A stretch of DNA of 64,000 nucleotides, taken from positions 3,162,001 through 3,226,000 of the forward strand of contig NC_089429.1 of the NCBI RefSeq assembly GCF_026210795.1, in the 5' to 3' direction. The position numbers and the translations under genes are program-made. The notes under the pieces were generated by a model. The model worked only from the letters and a program-made list of their open reading frames with translations. It did not search any database and was not told where the DNA came from. The DNA comes from Rhizophagus irregularis (Eukaryota). Of the stretch, positions 26,701 to 40,359 are shown piece after piece (position 1 is the stretch's first letter; each line of letters begins with the position of its first letter).

Positions 26701-27622
26701 ATTACTAGGACAAAAGTAGCAGACCTTATATTTATGTTAATTACTCAAAATCGTACATAATAACAATACTTGAAATTTTAATTTGTTATAATATAGATTC
26801 CAAAGAACATATGTTCAAAATTTGATGTTCTTAGCTTTTATACAACTTTATAAATTGAAAAAATTGTTTTGATAATTATTATACTAACTTAAATAACTCC
26901 TTATTTTATTAATTAATCAAAATTATATATAATAAAATTACTTGAAATTTAAATATGTAATAGCATATATTCAAAAGAATATATAATCAAAATTTTATGT
27001 CTTTAACCTTTATATAGCCATGTCAATTAAAACCAATTTAAAAATTTCTAATAATCATTAAATTAAAATTTTCTGAATGGTATTTTATGTTTTTAAATTA
27101 TTAGCTTTCTAGGAATGATATGAATATAAAAATTCACATATTTATTCTCCAAAATTATGGCTTTCAAACAATATAAAATTAAAATATTTTATTATATAAA
27201 ATTTTTAGAAAATGAAAAAGAATCATGATTTTTAAAAATTAATCATCTTTTTTACAATTTTTTTTGTTATAACCCATATAAAATCAAAACTAGTAAAGTA
27301 AGTTTATATATATATATTAATCAGAAATCTGTACTAACACATATTTAAAATTTCAGGCATCATTATTATGTATAATTTTAAATAAACTGGCAATGTATTG
27401 AACTATTTGTACTATTTGTTAAATTTATATGAATAGGTGTAATAATTATTAAAATTTCTTTCTAAGTTTAATATAGTTATATGAAAGCTAGAACTATAAA
27501 ATTTTAAACATATATTCTTTAAAATCTATATTCCTACATATTAAAATTTCAAGTATTGTTATTATGTACGATTTTTTGTGATTAACATAAATATAAGGTC
27601 CGCTACTTTTGTCCTAGTAGTG
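26701..27622. mobile_element. Tc1/mariner-like MITE
   Basis: Long TIRs ACTAGGACAAAAGTAGC.GACCTTATATTTATGTTAAT.. / ..ATTAACATAAATATAAGGTCCGCTACTTTTGTCCTAGTAGTG, followed by TA. Confidence 0.75.
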
Positions 27623-29476
27623 TATATATAATATAATATATATTTTACATTTTTCACATTAAAAAAATCTAATAAAATATGTAAATAAAGTTATAAACAT
27701 ATTTGTGTAAAAAGAATTTACTATTTTTAATATAAAGATTAAATTAATTGTATATGTAATACAGGAAATATTTTTAGACATGATCATATAATATATTTTT
27801 GATAAAACAAATACGTGTCTGTGTAACATTAAAATTATAAATCATATACGTGTCCATATAATATTTAAAAAATATATATTAAAAATGAGAGTAACGGGTA
27901 GGTGAGAAGTGAAAAATAAGTGTTTTTCTGTTTTTTTATAATTTTACACTGATGGCGTTACAAAAAACATGAATAAATCCATAAATATCTATTCAATTGT
28001 GATAAAAATTTATATATAAGTAGATTCGAACCTGCTGAACAACTTTACTTAAGAAGGTTTTGGATGTTTTCTTTGACTAAAGGGTTTAAATTACGCTCTG
28101 AATTCACAGAATAGATATACGAAAATATTAATAAGAAATATTTATAAAGTTGTAATATTACAAAAAAAATAATAATAGCTTTATCCATACACTATTTCAA
28201 AAATTTTTGTTTTTTTAGTTTTTTTTATATACATATTTTATAAAAAAAATTATATATAAATATATATATGTTAGCTTAGCAATGTAAAAAATTTATAGGT
28301 TAGATAAAAGTTTGCTTAGCAGACATAAAAAATATTTGCTTATTGACTTTAGTAAATTTTAAATTTTTCATCTGACCTATATATATATATTGTTTGGGTC
28401 CTATTACATTACCTGGGTATATTTTCCAAAACCAGTAGAATTAAGGTGCTAAAAAAAAACTAAAAAGAAAAATAAAAAAAAATATTTTTTTTTTGTTATT
28501 TTGTTAATTTGGTAAAGAAAATAATATATATTTTTTTAATAGTGTAAAAAAAAATCTCATAAAATTTGTATAAAAAATCTCTACTTAACTAAAATATAAG
28601 TTGAAATGGTAACTTCCTCTAAGGTAAACTTGTTAAATTTTATATCAAATGATAAAAAATTTTTTTTTTATAGCTTATTCACATTTAATGTTATTGATTG
28701 GTGAGTTATTGTTACATTTAGACATGATCTTATGAGACAGAATTGACATCAAAATATGCCAATTAACATAATTCATATAAAATCTGTACCAGATCTACAA
28801 ATTAATTTTGTACTGTTGAATGACGGACCGGCAATTAATTTAATTTGATTTGAATTTAGTGAATTGTTAATTTGATTTGATTTAATTTAATTTGTATCAG
28901 ATTACAAATCATAAAATATATAATTTGATTTAATTTATTTTGAATTAGATCTATAGATACAAATCAGATCAGATTTTTTTTAGAATACTAAATATATTGC
29001 ATATGATATATAAAAATTATATTCTTTATACTACCAATCTGCAAATTTAGCAAAGTTTTTAGTAGTAAAATTACTGATTATTTGCATATTTTAAATTTTG
29101 CTGTTAATAAAAAAAATAAAAAATAACAATTTTACAATTATTTTTTTTTTTTAATGATTTATATATGCAATTTTACAATTATTTACTAATAATCAAAATG
29201 AATTATTTAATAATAAATTGTAAAATAAATATATCTAAAAGAACAAAATAAAAAAAACAAAAAAAAAGAAATAAAAATTAAAATAAAAAAAATAATGGAA
29301 AAATAAAAAAATAATGGAAAAAATAAAAAGAATTAATGGAAATATGATTTAAAATTTAAAATTTAAAATTAAATATATATAGTGAAAGTAATATCAAATT
29401 TTATATAATTTTATACAAAATTATAATATAATTATTTTTATTTTATATTTTAAAATATTTAATAATCAAAATATTT

Positions 29477-31640
29477 CTATTTAATAGCTTTTTTATTTTC
29501 TTTAAAACTTTTAATTTCTCTATGAAGTGCAACAAGTAAAGGTACAGATATTGGAACAAATAAAGGCATATATATAGCATATTTGTGTTCATCTGGAAAA
29601 TAGAGCATTGATACCATTGTAGGATCAAAAAATGCAGATTCAGCAAGTTCGATTGCTTTTTTTGAATGGTATAATGCCAGATTATATTGATTATTATGCA
29701 AATTTGCACAGGACTAAATTTTAATAAATAAAATATTTTAATAAAACAAACTAAAAAAAAAAATTATAATATTAAATTAAATAAAAATACCTTTGCCAAG
29801 TTATCCAATGCCAAAAAAACCTTTTATTATAAATAATAAATAATAAGATTAAAAAATTAATTAAAATTTATTAATTTGAATATTATATAAGCATTAATAC
29901 CTCAGTTTGAATATGATCTAATACAACCATATTTGGAATTTCTGTTACTAATTGCGACAATGATTTTAATGTTGTTATCGAAGTTATAATGTTTTCCGCT
30001 ATACGTCTCCTTGTTAAACTGTCAAACTCCCACATTGTGACTGCTGTATTTGGAGGTGTAACAAATTCAATATTAGTTGTAACATCCTATAATTGAAAAA
30101 TAAATAAATACATATATACAAATTTCATAAATTTAAAAGTATTTATGTAAGAAAATATAAATACCAAGGCATGCTTCGCTTCAGTCCAAACATCATGAAC
30201 GCCTAATAATCCTCTTAGTTGTGTTATAAATATTGACATGATTGATTTTAATTCCTCAAGTGAAAAATTATGGGCTCCAGTAGATCGATCTGGGTTTTTA
30301 ATAATTACTCCGCCCCATCTTGGTATTAAAAAGGCATTGCTTTCCATAATATTACCTACAATTGTTGATGAAGTTAGTAACAAATATTTAAAATACATAA
30401 ATTTATGATACTTTTAAAATACCTTTAGAATCTTGAATATACAATGGACTTTGATCTTTTGAAGGAACATACAAAATAAAGTTCAGTGTTGGATATGATG
30501 ATACAGCAGATGCAAGATTCCATTCAGCTGCATTTATGAAATGAGGCAGCAATTCCGGTGTCAAATAAAAATAATTCTCATCTGCTTTATGAAATGGCTC
30601 AAATGTTAATCTTGCATAATGCTGAATTTGCGAATCTACTGTCAAATTTGAAATCACGGAAATTTTATTAACAAACAGTTGCAGGTATTTATTTACTGCC
30701 TCCTCTATATCCCAATTTACAAGTAAATCTGAAGGATCTCCATTCATAAGACTAAATGTTACTTGATATTGTGGTGAATATTTCATTGTTCTCATGCTAT
30801 CTAATTCAACCTTTGAATTCGATAATGGTTCCATTATAAATTTTTTGATCGCAGCTTGTTCTGGCATGAACAAACTAACTATGAGATCAGAAACTGTTTT
30901 TTCAATTACTTCTAATAAATTAAAATTTGTTAAATACAACATTCTCCTTCAATTAAAGTAGCCCGCATTTTAAATCATACTTACTTATATCCCATTGATT
31001 TATTTCTATAACTGCTTGTCTTTGATTTCCCACCAAAACTTTGGTATTTGGATTTGAATTTGTACTTGGCAAAATGTAAAGTATATATTGTCCATTTTCA
31101 CTTACCACATTTAATTTTTCAAGATTTCCTATAAAATATTCCACAGAGGAAAAAAAAATTAGATGAAAAAGTGCAGATTATCAACATATATTATTTCTTA
31201 CCATATTGAAGGCCATTTCTCCAATTATTCCAATCTAATGATCTTACTTTAACTGGAAATTGCATCGATTTTTGATATTTTTCATTGCTTGCTTTAAAAT
31301 TATCGACATTGTATCTTGATGCAATAGAATTTTCCAAATTTGAAGATAAGTTTGCAAAATTAATTGTACTTGATTCAACACTAGCAACATAAATTATAAA
31401 GAGTGTTGGAAACTCAAGATCAAATGCCTATTAAAAAAAATATATATATAATTATTTTACACTCGAGTGAAAGTTTTACCAGTTACTAACCTCCCAATTT
31501 GACCACTCTTCAATTTCAGCAAAAGGTAGTTGCGCTCGATATACTTCAGTAGTTTTCCACCATAAAGGTAAACCAAATAAAATAACAATATAAAAAGATG
31601 CTATAATTAAACGGCGTATTTTATCATTATTTTCTTCCAT
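29477..31640 (-). CDS. GPI17: GPI transamidase subunit PIG-S / Gpi17 (multi-exon)
   Basis: N-terminal TM segment GLPLWWKTTEVYRAQLP, FINAAEWNL, AFLIPRWGGVII, and C-terminal AESAFFDPTMVSMLYFPDEHKYAIYMPLFVP; GT-AG introns. Confidence 0.95.
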
Positions 31641-31793
31641 AATGAGAAACTTTCAAAATCAGTGATTCATGATCAATGGTTTGATTGGTAAATTAAAATT
31701 TCATCGATTTCATCACGTGCCTGCCGGGTGACAAAGTCAAAAAAGATGTATCGTACTATACATACCATTTTTTTTTTTGTTCTTTTAACAACA
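31641..31793. promoter_or_regulatory. Compact bidirectional promoter between GPI17 and DOA1
   Basis: 153 bp between divergent ATGs; ATTGG 31684-31688, CACGTG 31714-31719, GGTGACAAA 31727-31735. Confidence 0.5.
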
Positions 31794-34700
31794 ATGAAGC
31801 AGACAAGTCCCTTTCAGCTTTCTTCGATTTTAGCTGCCCATGATTCAGATGTAAGAACTAAAGTTGATATCAGTTTAAATTTTGTAGCTTTCTAAATGGT
31901 GCCCTTCATTTAATATAAAAGATCAAGGCTGTCCGAGGACCAAATGAAGATTTGGTTATTTCCGCGTCTCGAGACAAGACAGTACGTAGCTGGTTGAGAA
32001 TCGGCGCAAACGCTTTTTCCGAGAGTAAATTGTATTTGGGACATGCAAGTTTCGTTAACTCGCTTGCATTTCTTAATCCAACTGCTGAATATACTAAGGG
32101 TATTATTTCAAGAACTTCTTGACTTTAATATTGATTAAACTTGTACTTCTAATTTAACAATTTATATCGGAAATTATTATAAAGGTCTTGTAGTTAGTGG
32201 TAGCAGTGATAAGACCATAAATGTTTTTGATCTTGAAAATGCACAAGATCCAATTTATTCGTTAATTGGGCATTCTGATAATGTTTGTGCGTTAGATGTT
32301 ACACCATCCGGTTATATTGTTTCTGGTTCTTGGGATAAGTATGTTTGAAGAATTTTTCTTTATGGAATGAAGTTTCTAAAATTTCTCTTAATGTATCATC
32401 ACCGTAGGACAACTAAAATTTGGAAAAATTGGCAAGAAGCGTGTACTTTGGAAGGACATTCCCACGCTGTATGGGCAGTTTTAGCTGTAGATGATGACTT
32501 AATATTTACCGGTGAGTGTGATTCAATTAATTTCTTCTATAAACAAGTTATTAATTATATGAAAATACCGATTTTTAGGATCAGCTGACAAAACTATCAT
32601 AAAATGGCAGAATGAGAAACGCGTTCAAACTTTATATGGTCACACTGACTGTGTTAGGGCGTTAGCATTACTACCAGATATAGGTTTCGTTTCATGTGGA
32701 AATGATAGGTATGATATTGGTATCAATTACAATGAATTCAAGTTTTAGTTGATAATATTAAAAAGTGCTTTATTAAATTTTCGATTTACAAACTCATCTA
32801 GCACTCTTCGTATATGGACATTAGATGGACAATGTATTCATGAATTAAATGAACATACATCCTTTGTGTATAGCATTGACGTATTACCTACAGGTGAAAT
32901 TATATCAAGTGGAGAAGACCGATCAGTGAGAGTTTGGAAAGGTATCTTCAAGATTTTAATCGTTTATTTATTTAATATATATATATAGTTTTTTAATGAG
33001 CAATGTGATGATTTTTAGGTGGCGAATGTATACAAACTATTCTACATCCTGCAACATCAGTATGGTGTGTAGCTGCAATGCCTAATGGAGATATCATTAG
33101 TGGCGCAAGCGATGGTGTGATTCGTATTTTTACAAGGGCCGAAGAACGTATTGCAGAACAACCTGTACTAAAGGTATGCAGAATTTTTACCAGTTAGTAA
33201 AAACATTTGCCAAAATAACGATTTATATTATGAATAGGATTTTGATGAACAAGTTTCAAATCACGCGATTCCTGCGTATGTAAAATTATATGATCACACA
33301 TTTATATATTTTATTCTCATAATGATATTCTTATAATTCTTAGAAATCAATTGGGAGATTTAAAGAAAGATGAGCTTCCAGGATCGGAAGCATTGCTTCA
33401 ACCAGGTTGCTTATTTATAAAGTTGAAATTTTTTTTCTTTCGAAGCAATTAGATTGCCTTATTTCGATTTTATTAAATTCTAGGCAAAAAGGAAGGACAA
33501 GTTATTATGGTGCGAGTACATGATAAAGTTGAGGCTCATCAAGTACGTATATGTATAATGGTGATAATTATTTAGTGTTGGAATTATCATTTAGATTCTT
33601 ATTAATTATAATAAGTGGAGTCAAGTCGATCAAACATGGCACAAAGTGGGCGATGTTGTTGATGCTGTTGGTCAAGGTCGAAAACAATTATATAATGGAA
33701 AAGAATATGATTATTTGTTCGATGTTGATGTTGGAGATGGAGTCCCACCTTTAAAACTTCCATACAATGCTTCTGGTTCGTAATGTATAATTATACACAT
33801 ATATTCGCATTTAATTAATATATTTACTTGTTAACAAAAACAAATTATTTTAGATAATCCGTATAAAGCAGCTCAAGATTTCATTTCGGCTAATGAACTT
33901 CCACAAAGCTATTTAGATCAGATTGCAAATTTTATAACTAAAAATGCACAAGGTGTTTCGTTGGGCACGAGTTCACAATACGTTGACCCATTTACTGGTA
34001 TAAAAATAATTTTATTTGATATTTAATTTAACTTTGGAAGACATCCGATTTACTTGTAAATTTGCAGGCTCATCAAGATATACTCCTTCAGCATCATCTT
34101 CGAACATTCAAGTAAGATATTAAAATGAACTCTATGTGATCCCAATTAAATAATCATTCAACTTCCAGTATTTAACATATTTGGTTTAATTATAGAATAC
34201 TTCCACTACCGGTATGGATCCTTGGACTCGTCCAGGAACAACGTCAAATATGCAACCTAAGATAATTCCACAAGTGATTATGAGCTTTCTTTATTTAATT
34301 TAATTTATTTATACCTCGAAATATTTTACACGGGTTATTTCTGTAAATTTTAGAGAACTTATCTTACTTTTCGGCAAGCAAATATTCAAGGCATCTTAAA
34401 AAAAGTTGACCAAATTAACGAAGCCTTATTGATCAATGAAGAAACTCAAAAAATTGCGTTGACAACTAATGAACTTTCAACTTTAAAAAAATTGGGTCAA
34501 TTTCTACAAAATCCTTTAACCCATACATGTGATCATCAAAGCGAATTTGATGTAATTCGTAAAATAATTACTAAATGGTCATTTAAGAATCGATTTCCAG
34601 GTATAAATAATTATTATAAATTTAATCTCAACTATTATTATAGTAATATACTATTCACTTTATTTAATTAATAATCATAGGCATTGACTTGCTACGTCTC

Positions 34701-35560
34701 CAAATTCTATATACTCCAATCCCCGCTAAACATATTGACAATGATGAGAGTATCATAAATTTGATCACTAATTTTGCTGGTATTGTTACCTGGCCTAAAG
34801 ATAGCACACCTGATAAAGATCAAGATACAAATGTAATGTTAGGTTTAAGAGCATTATCAAATCTATTTGAAATTAAGGAGGGAAGAGATGTTTTAGGTCG
34901 TGAGGCTTCCAAGGTAATTGGAAATCTTAACGGAAAAAATTTTCAAATAATTCAAATTATTAACATTTGATATATTATATTATTTTAGATTTTAGAATTA
35001 CTATCATCCACATGGGATAAAAGCTCAAGTAAAAATAACCGTGTTGCTCGAGCAACAGTATTTCTCAAGTAATTTAATATTTTATAATTATAAGCTGTGC
35101 CATTTTTACACCCGAATACTTATAAATTTTTATTTATTTTACTTTGTTTAGCTTTGCTGTTTTATATCAAACAAGTTCAAATAAAAATGAGGATAATATT
35201 CTTCAATTAATAGCAATACTAGCAGAGGTATGTAACAATTGGTATTGTAAATATTAGCATTTTCAAACAATTAAAAATTTTTCTTTTTTTTAATTCTTAG
35301 CTTCTTAAATCAGAGATAGATTCTGAAGTTATATATAGAGCTCTTATTACTCTAGGAACATTGGTAAGAATTAAACTATTTACTATTGTATGTTAATTTA
35401 AATTTTTATACTAATGCTTAAATAATTACTTTAGATTTATCAAAATCAAGCTGCTAAAGATGCTGCTAAAGTTTTTGATATAGAAAGTATTTTAAAAATC
35501 ATATCTATTAAAGCAAAAGAAGATAGAATCAATCAAGCTATTAATGAAATTATATTTTAA
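31794..35560 (+). CDS. DOA1: Phospholipase A2-activating protein / Doa1 (Ufd3, Lub1): WD40-PFU-PUL (multi-exon)
   Basis: WD repeats (SASRDKTV, SGSWDKT, GHTDCVR, SSGEDRSVRVW); PFU (YNGKEYDYLFDVD, LKLPYN, AAQDFI, YLDQIANFI, DPFTG); PUL (RFPGIDLLRL, LRALSNLF, YRALITLGTL); stop TAA 35558-35560. Confidence 0.95.
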
Positions 35561-36552
35561 TTATTTTATTATATTTAATAATTAATAAAAAAAAAATTAT
35601 GAAAATATATAATAAATAAATTTTTTTTTATATAAAATATTGATATTTATTATTGTTTTTGATTTATTTTAGAATTGCATTTTATTAAATTGTTTTTGAA
35701 GGATTTTTATATTTATGTAAAATTATAACTTTTTAATAAAGCTATTGCTTTTAGTAAAATTAAACAAATAAAAAAAAATTCTATTTATAATTAAATTACA
35801 AATATAACTGTAATTATTAAAGGGAATTCTTTCTGCCAATTGTATAAATCATTTTTTCTCAAGAAATTATCAGCAACTTTTTCAATAAAAAATGGCTTTA
35901 GCAATAACAAACAACTAGTAGTTAACTACAGTCAACTCTCTTTATAGTCACACATTTGGAACAGTTCATATTTGGTGATTATAAAGAGATGTGACTATAT
36001 AAAAAATTTCTTATATTAGTATATCATAATTCCAGCCAAAAATTAACCTAATTTTAGCCAAAATTATACTCAAAACTTTATTGTATCGTAACTCCACCAA
36101 TATTAATTGTAGAGAAACATCAAATCCAATCACTAGATTAATTTCCAAAATTAAAAAAATATTAATGGTTTTGTGTAATAACTCTGCCAATATTGATTCT
36201 AGAGAGACGATCTTACTACCATTCGATTCGTCTTGATGCGACGAATCTAATGGTATAAAATACATCCAAATCCAATCACTAGATCAATTTCTGAAATTAA
36301 AAAATATTAAATGGTTTTTAAGTAGTAACTCCGTCAATATTGATCACAGAGAGATAAGCTTACTACCATTCGATTCGTCTTGATGAGGCGATTTCAACGA
36401 GCTATTAATCGTCTTTTTACAATTACTAGGTACCGAGAAATTTAGCAAAATGTTAAATGGCGCAGTAAACGTAAATTAAGAAATATAATAATGCCAATAC
36501 TTAACATTTTGTTGAATAACTCATCAGCCAGTGATTGTAAAAGGATAAAACT

Positions 36553-37538
36553 AGGGGTTGGTCACCCTATCTCAGTGGTTAGTCACTGAGACCCTCATTA
36601 AGCCTGAGTATGGTGAGGTCGCAGGTTCAATTCCCATGACCACGGAAATAAAAAGAATTTTACTGCGGACGCTACAACCAATAGCGTGAAGGTACAGGGA
36701 TTAGTGTAGTTGGACTGCATCATGGTGAATTAGTGTGTACGGTTAGGCCGCACATTTCAACTAAGGGTCATGGTGTCCTTCTAACGTTCCCTATGCGGCC
36801 ATTGGCACGCGCGCAGTCCTGTCCTCGGCGTCACTACTATACTCGGGACTTCCTGTCCGGGTGGTCACTCTACGATACCACCTGGGGTCAGTAATGGCTA
36901 GATGGTCGTCCTAGATGGTAAAGCTGAGGGTGCAATGTCTTAGTGGTAGTTAGACCTTCTGTTAGGTCTTAGACCAACCAAGGTGTTCGTGCACGGAACA
37001 GGTAGCTGTACGGCCATAAAAGGGTTCGATTCCCTACTTTCGGGTCCTGGTTGGTGATCCCTGGTGGTTGATACCCACCATAAGGGGTGATCCTGGACAG
37101 ATGCCTGCTACTTCCTGTCTGAGTGGTCACTACAATGTATACCACCTACAGGGTAAACAACTGTACTATCGGTGTTAAGTAATCGCGGGCTGTAGTGAGC
37201 GGCTTTAGTGAGACTTAGTACCTAAAATGGTGGTATGGAAGGGTACTAGATGGTTGATGTTACCTGTTGAAAGTCCTCCATGAAAGTAGATGCTCTCTAA
37301 AGGTCGTAAAATAAATTGAGTATCAGTATCATGCAATGGATATAGGATGAGTAGGCGGCGTGTACCTAGCTTCAGATCAGCCTAAAATGGCCCGATGGGG
37401 GATGTCTTCTAAAAGTGGTGCTGTTACCTGAGGAATTAAGTACTCGGTATAATGGTTGCCCAAATGAAGATGATAGGACACAGACCCGAGATTAGTCTCA
37501 TAAGAGGCAATGGGTGGTCTGGCCGTAAACATAGCAAA
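36553..37538 (+). mobile_element. Long tRNA-headed SINE-like retroelement
   Basis: 16-bp TSD GTAAAAGGATAAAACT (36537-36552, 37539-37554). tRNA-like head with A-box TATCTCAGTGGT, B-box GGTTCAATTCC (36624-36634) and a TGGTCA/TGACCA acceptor-like stem; second B-box at 37023-37033. GC much higher than flanks; no long ORF. Confidence 0.8.
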
Positions 37539-37554
37539 GTAAAAGGATAAAACT

Positions 37555-37990
37555 CGGCCCTTCTACTGTTTCCTTTTCTACTATTTCTCCTCATCATCAT
37601 AACTCTTCTTTGGCGACAGTTTCTCAGGATTCCTAGATTTCTTGGATATCCTCTTCTATAATTCAAGATGGACCTTGAATCTTGCACTTGGATTTTCTGC
37701 GCCGCTTAACAGTTCAACCTCTTATGGTCTCTTTCTGGTAACGGACTGGATTTTTGGATGTTAAATAGTTGACTTACACTGGCCTTCAGGTAAAGTTGGG
37801 ATATGCGATTCTGTAATAGTTTAATTTTCTTTGCTTTAATTTATTTTAGTATAGTTTTCTTTACTTGTATGAGTTGTGAAGCTACTCTTTTTATTTTTTA
37901 TTAGTTTATTTTCCTATTTGTAATATTGTTCGATCCTTTTTGATTTTAAAATATAAAATAAAAGATAAAGTCAAAAGACTGTTTGCACAA
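37555..37990 (+). mobile_element. 5'-truncated LINE-like 3' end
   Basis: Bounded by 15-bp TSD TAAAAGGATAAAACT (37540-37554, 37991-38005). Begins mid-frame with a S/T/H-rich then S*ISWISSSIIQDGP*ILHLDF..W* peptide, followed by a T-rich 3' UTR-like tract. LINE identity is inferred. Confidence 0.6.
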
Positions 37991-39635
37991 TAAAAGGATA
38001 AAACTACCACCATTCGATTTATCTCAGTAAGACGATTCTAACAAACTATGGTACATCTTTGTATAATTATTAAATGCCAAGTTATTTAATATATTCTTTA
38101 TATAACTGTAATTATAAACGGTTCTTTTTAATATAAGATTTTTGAGGATAGGTGTGATAGTGACTATAGATAGATTGTGACTATATAGAATAAATTTTAA
38201 TAATAAAGTGTTTTGAACATTCAACTGGTGTGACTATATAGTAGAATGTGACTATAACAGGAGTGACTATAGAGGGAGTTGACTGTATTTAAAAGTCAAA
38301 CAACTTATTAATAATATTAAAGATAGTTCTTTTCTTAAATTTTTAAAGGTTGGCCTAAATAAATGAAGCATATATATATAGTAAATACTGTTAAACTTAT
38401 TAGCAGAAAAAACTAGGACCCTGCTTATTCATAAGATAGGTCATCCCATGTCTAAGTAAAAATCATATATATAATTCTTTGCAGATCCTATTATAAAAGA
38501 AAATTTTATGTTACATTGTTACAGTGTTACTAAAGTTGCTTGTTGAAATTAGTGAATTTTGTTATGTTGAAATTATCAAAATTATTTTTCTATTTTGTCA
38601 TTTGCATTTTGATCAATTTTAATAATGGAGTTATCTGGATGCCATCCAGGATGGTATTTAATTTTTTGCCACCCCCTTTTTTACTTGCATAACTTTTAGT
38701 AAAAATTGAATTTAATCAAAAAATTTTTCAATATATATCAATTTTATAAATTGTATAATTATAACACATAAAATCGCAAATTATTTGTTACTTTCTTTAA
38801 TATCTTTATTATTGTAAATTTAATACAATTTTATAGGTTATATCTTTGCATTAAATGCGCTTGAATTAACACATTATTACAATAAAAACTACGATCAGCA
38901 AAAATTAAAATTATTGCATCTCAATATTTATGGTACATGTGATGGAATTCTTTAAATTTTTATCAATTCTAATTAGAATTACTACCTCCCACATTTTTTC
39001 CTTTACACTTCAAATAAGTATAACCTTACTTGTTACATAATTTACATGATGCTATGCATCGTCTAATGTTATGATTAGATGCATTACAATTACTACATGT
39101 CTTTGATCCTTTACCTTGTAAACTGCTGCTTCCATACACATTATTATCTTGAATAAAAGTATTTGAACTAATACTCTTATTGGAATTTTTGCATGTTTCA
39201 ACAGAACTTTTAAATCTTTTATTTCACAGCCTCCCCTTGAATTTAACCACATGTGGATTAAGAATTTTTCTTAAATCTGATTCATCAATACTTTTATCTG
39301 TGTCATACAATTCTTCTAGAACCTAATTTAAAACATTTAAGACGTCAAATCATTTTTTTTCAGTAGCAATTTAAGCAATTTTACGACCAATTCTAAACAA
39401 ATTACTATACAAATGCCATACTTGGATTTTCATGTTAATATTATCTATTGAGTTCTCTTCTCTAAGTACATCTAAAATTGTTGGTAGTTGTACGTGTAAA
39501 AGATTCCCATTTACATTCATAAATGCGTTTAAATTACTAAAATTCTCTGAATCATTAAATGTGTTTCCATAAATTTCTAACTTAAACCATCGCTTTTTAA
39601 TTAAAGAAATACTAAACTGTGCTTATTAACTGCAA

Positions 39636-39879
39636 TAAGGTTGCTTGCCAAAACCTAGGGGTTTAGGCAAGATGGCGTTTCGCCGAAAAGCAAAATTCTG
39701 CTGAAACTAGATTAAAGTTATATTAAAAAACTGGCAAAACTTTGGAGAATGGCGAAACTGCTGAAACTTATTATAAACGCCGAAACTGCTGAAACTCTGC
39801 CGAAACTATAATAAATCTATAGTAAAATTTTGACGAAATTAATCGTAGGATTTTGAAGAGGTTTAGACAAGCAACCTTA
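39636..39879. mobile_element. hAT-type MITE (TAAGGTTGCTTG family), copy 2, opposite orientation to copy 1
   Basis: Same TIRs; perfect 8-bp TSD AACTGCAA; near-identical reverse complement of 19490-19733. Confidence 0.92.
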
Positions 39880-40359
39880 AACTGCAAATCATGACCTGGA
39901 AAAAATTACGGCACACTAATTCACAGTTCAAAATCATTAAACAGTTGCAAATATATCCATAATCACATAAAAGAATCACAAAATGTGGTGTTGAGTTTGA
40001 TCTATATATAAGATAAGTAATATGCCATATTTCCATAATATCTTCCCAATCTACTTGATTTATCAGTAATTTTAGAGATATTTGAGCTATATTAACTTGA
40101 TAATCAATATTTGAATCACTATTTTCATGCTCAGCATCCTAAAAATTCAAAGTAACTAATATTAATATGCAGTATGATCAAAAATAAATACATGCATTTA
40201 ATAATTAAAATTCCAATATTATCATTGTAAATTTATTAAATGCGCCAATAAATGCTTACCATAACATTATTATATTCTTTTAGTAAAATTAAAATAGCAT
40301 TATATTCAAAACTTACATCAAGTTATGCTTTTTGAGATATTTCTTTAGTTTTTTAATTA

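Larger units (their letters stand above)
35929..38285. mobile_element. pogo/Tc1-type MITE copy A, carrying two retro-insertions
   Basis: TIR CAGTCAACTCTCTTTATAGTCAC / GTGACTATAGAGGGAGTTGACTG, TA flanks; homologous to 40360-41804. Confidence 0.92.

Noticed and set aside
28015..28090. Minus-strand B-box-like GCAGGTTCGAATCT suggesting a tRNA
   Set aside because: No convincing cloverleaf or matching acceptor stem; at most a decayed tRNA-derived fragment.
36553..36645. Functional tRNA gene
   Set aside because: A/B boxes are present, but the T-stem is mismatched, an extra hairpin disrupts the cloverleaf, and it heads a TSD-flanked insert. Treated as a SINE head.
36800..36900. HDV-like ribozyme suggested by GTCCTCGGCG
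   Set aside because: Could not assemble the P1/P2/P3/P1.1 pairings by eye; needs a covariance-model search.
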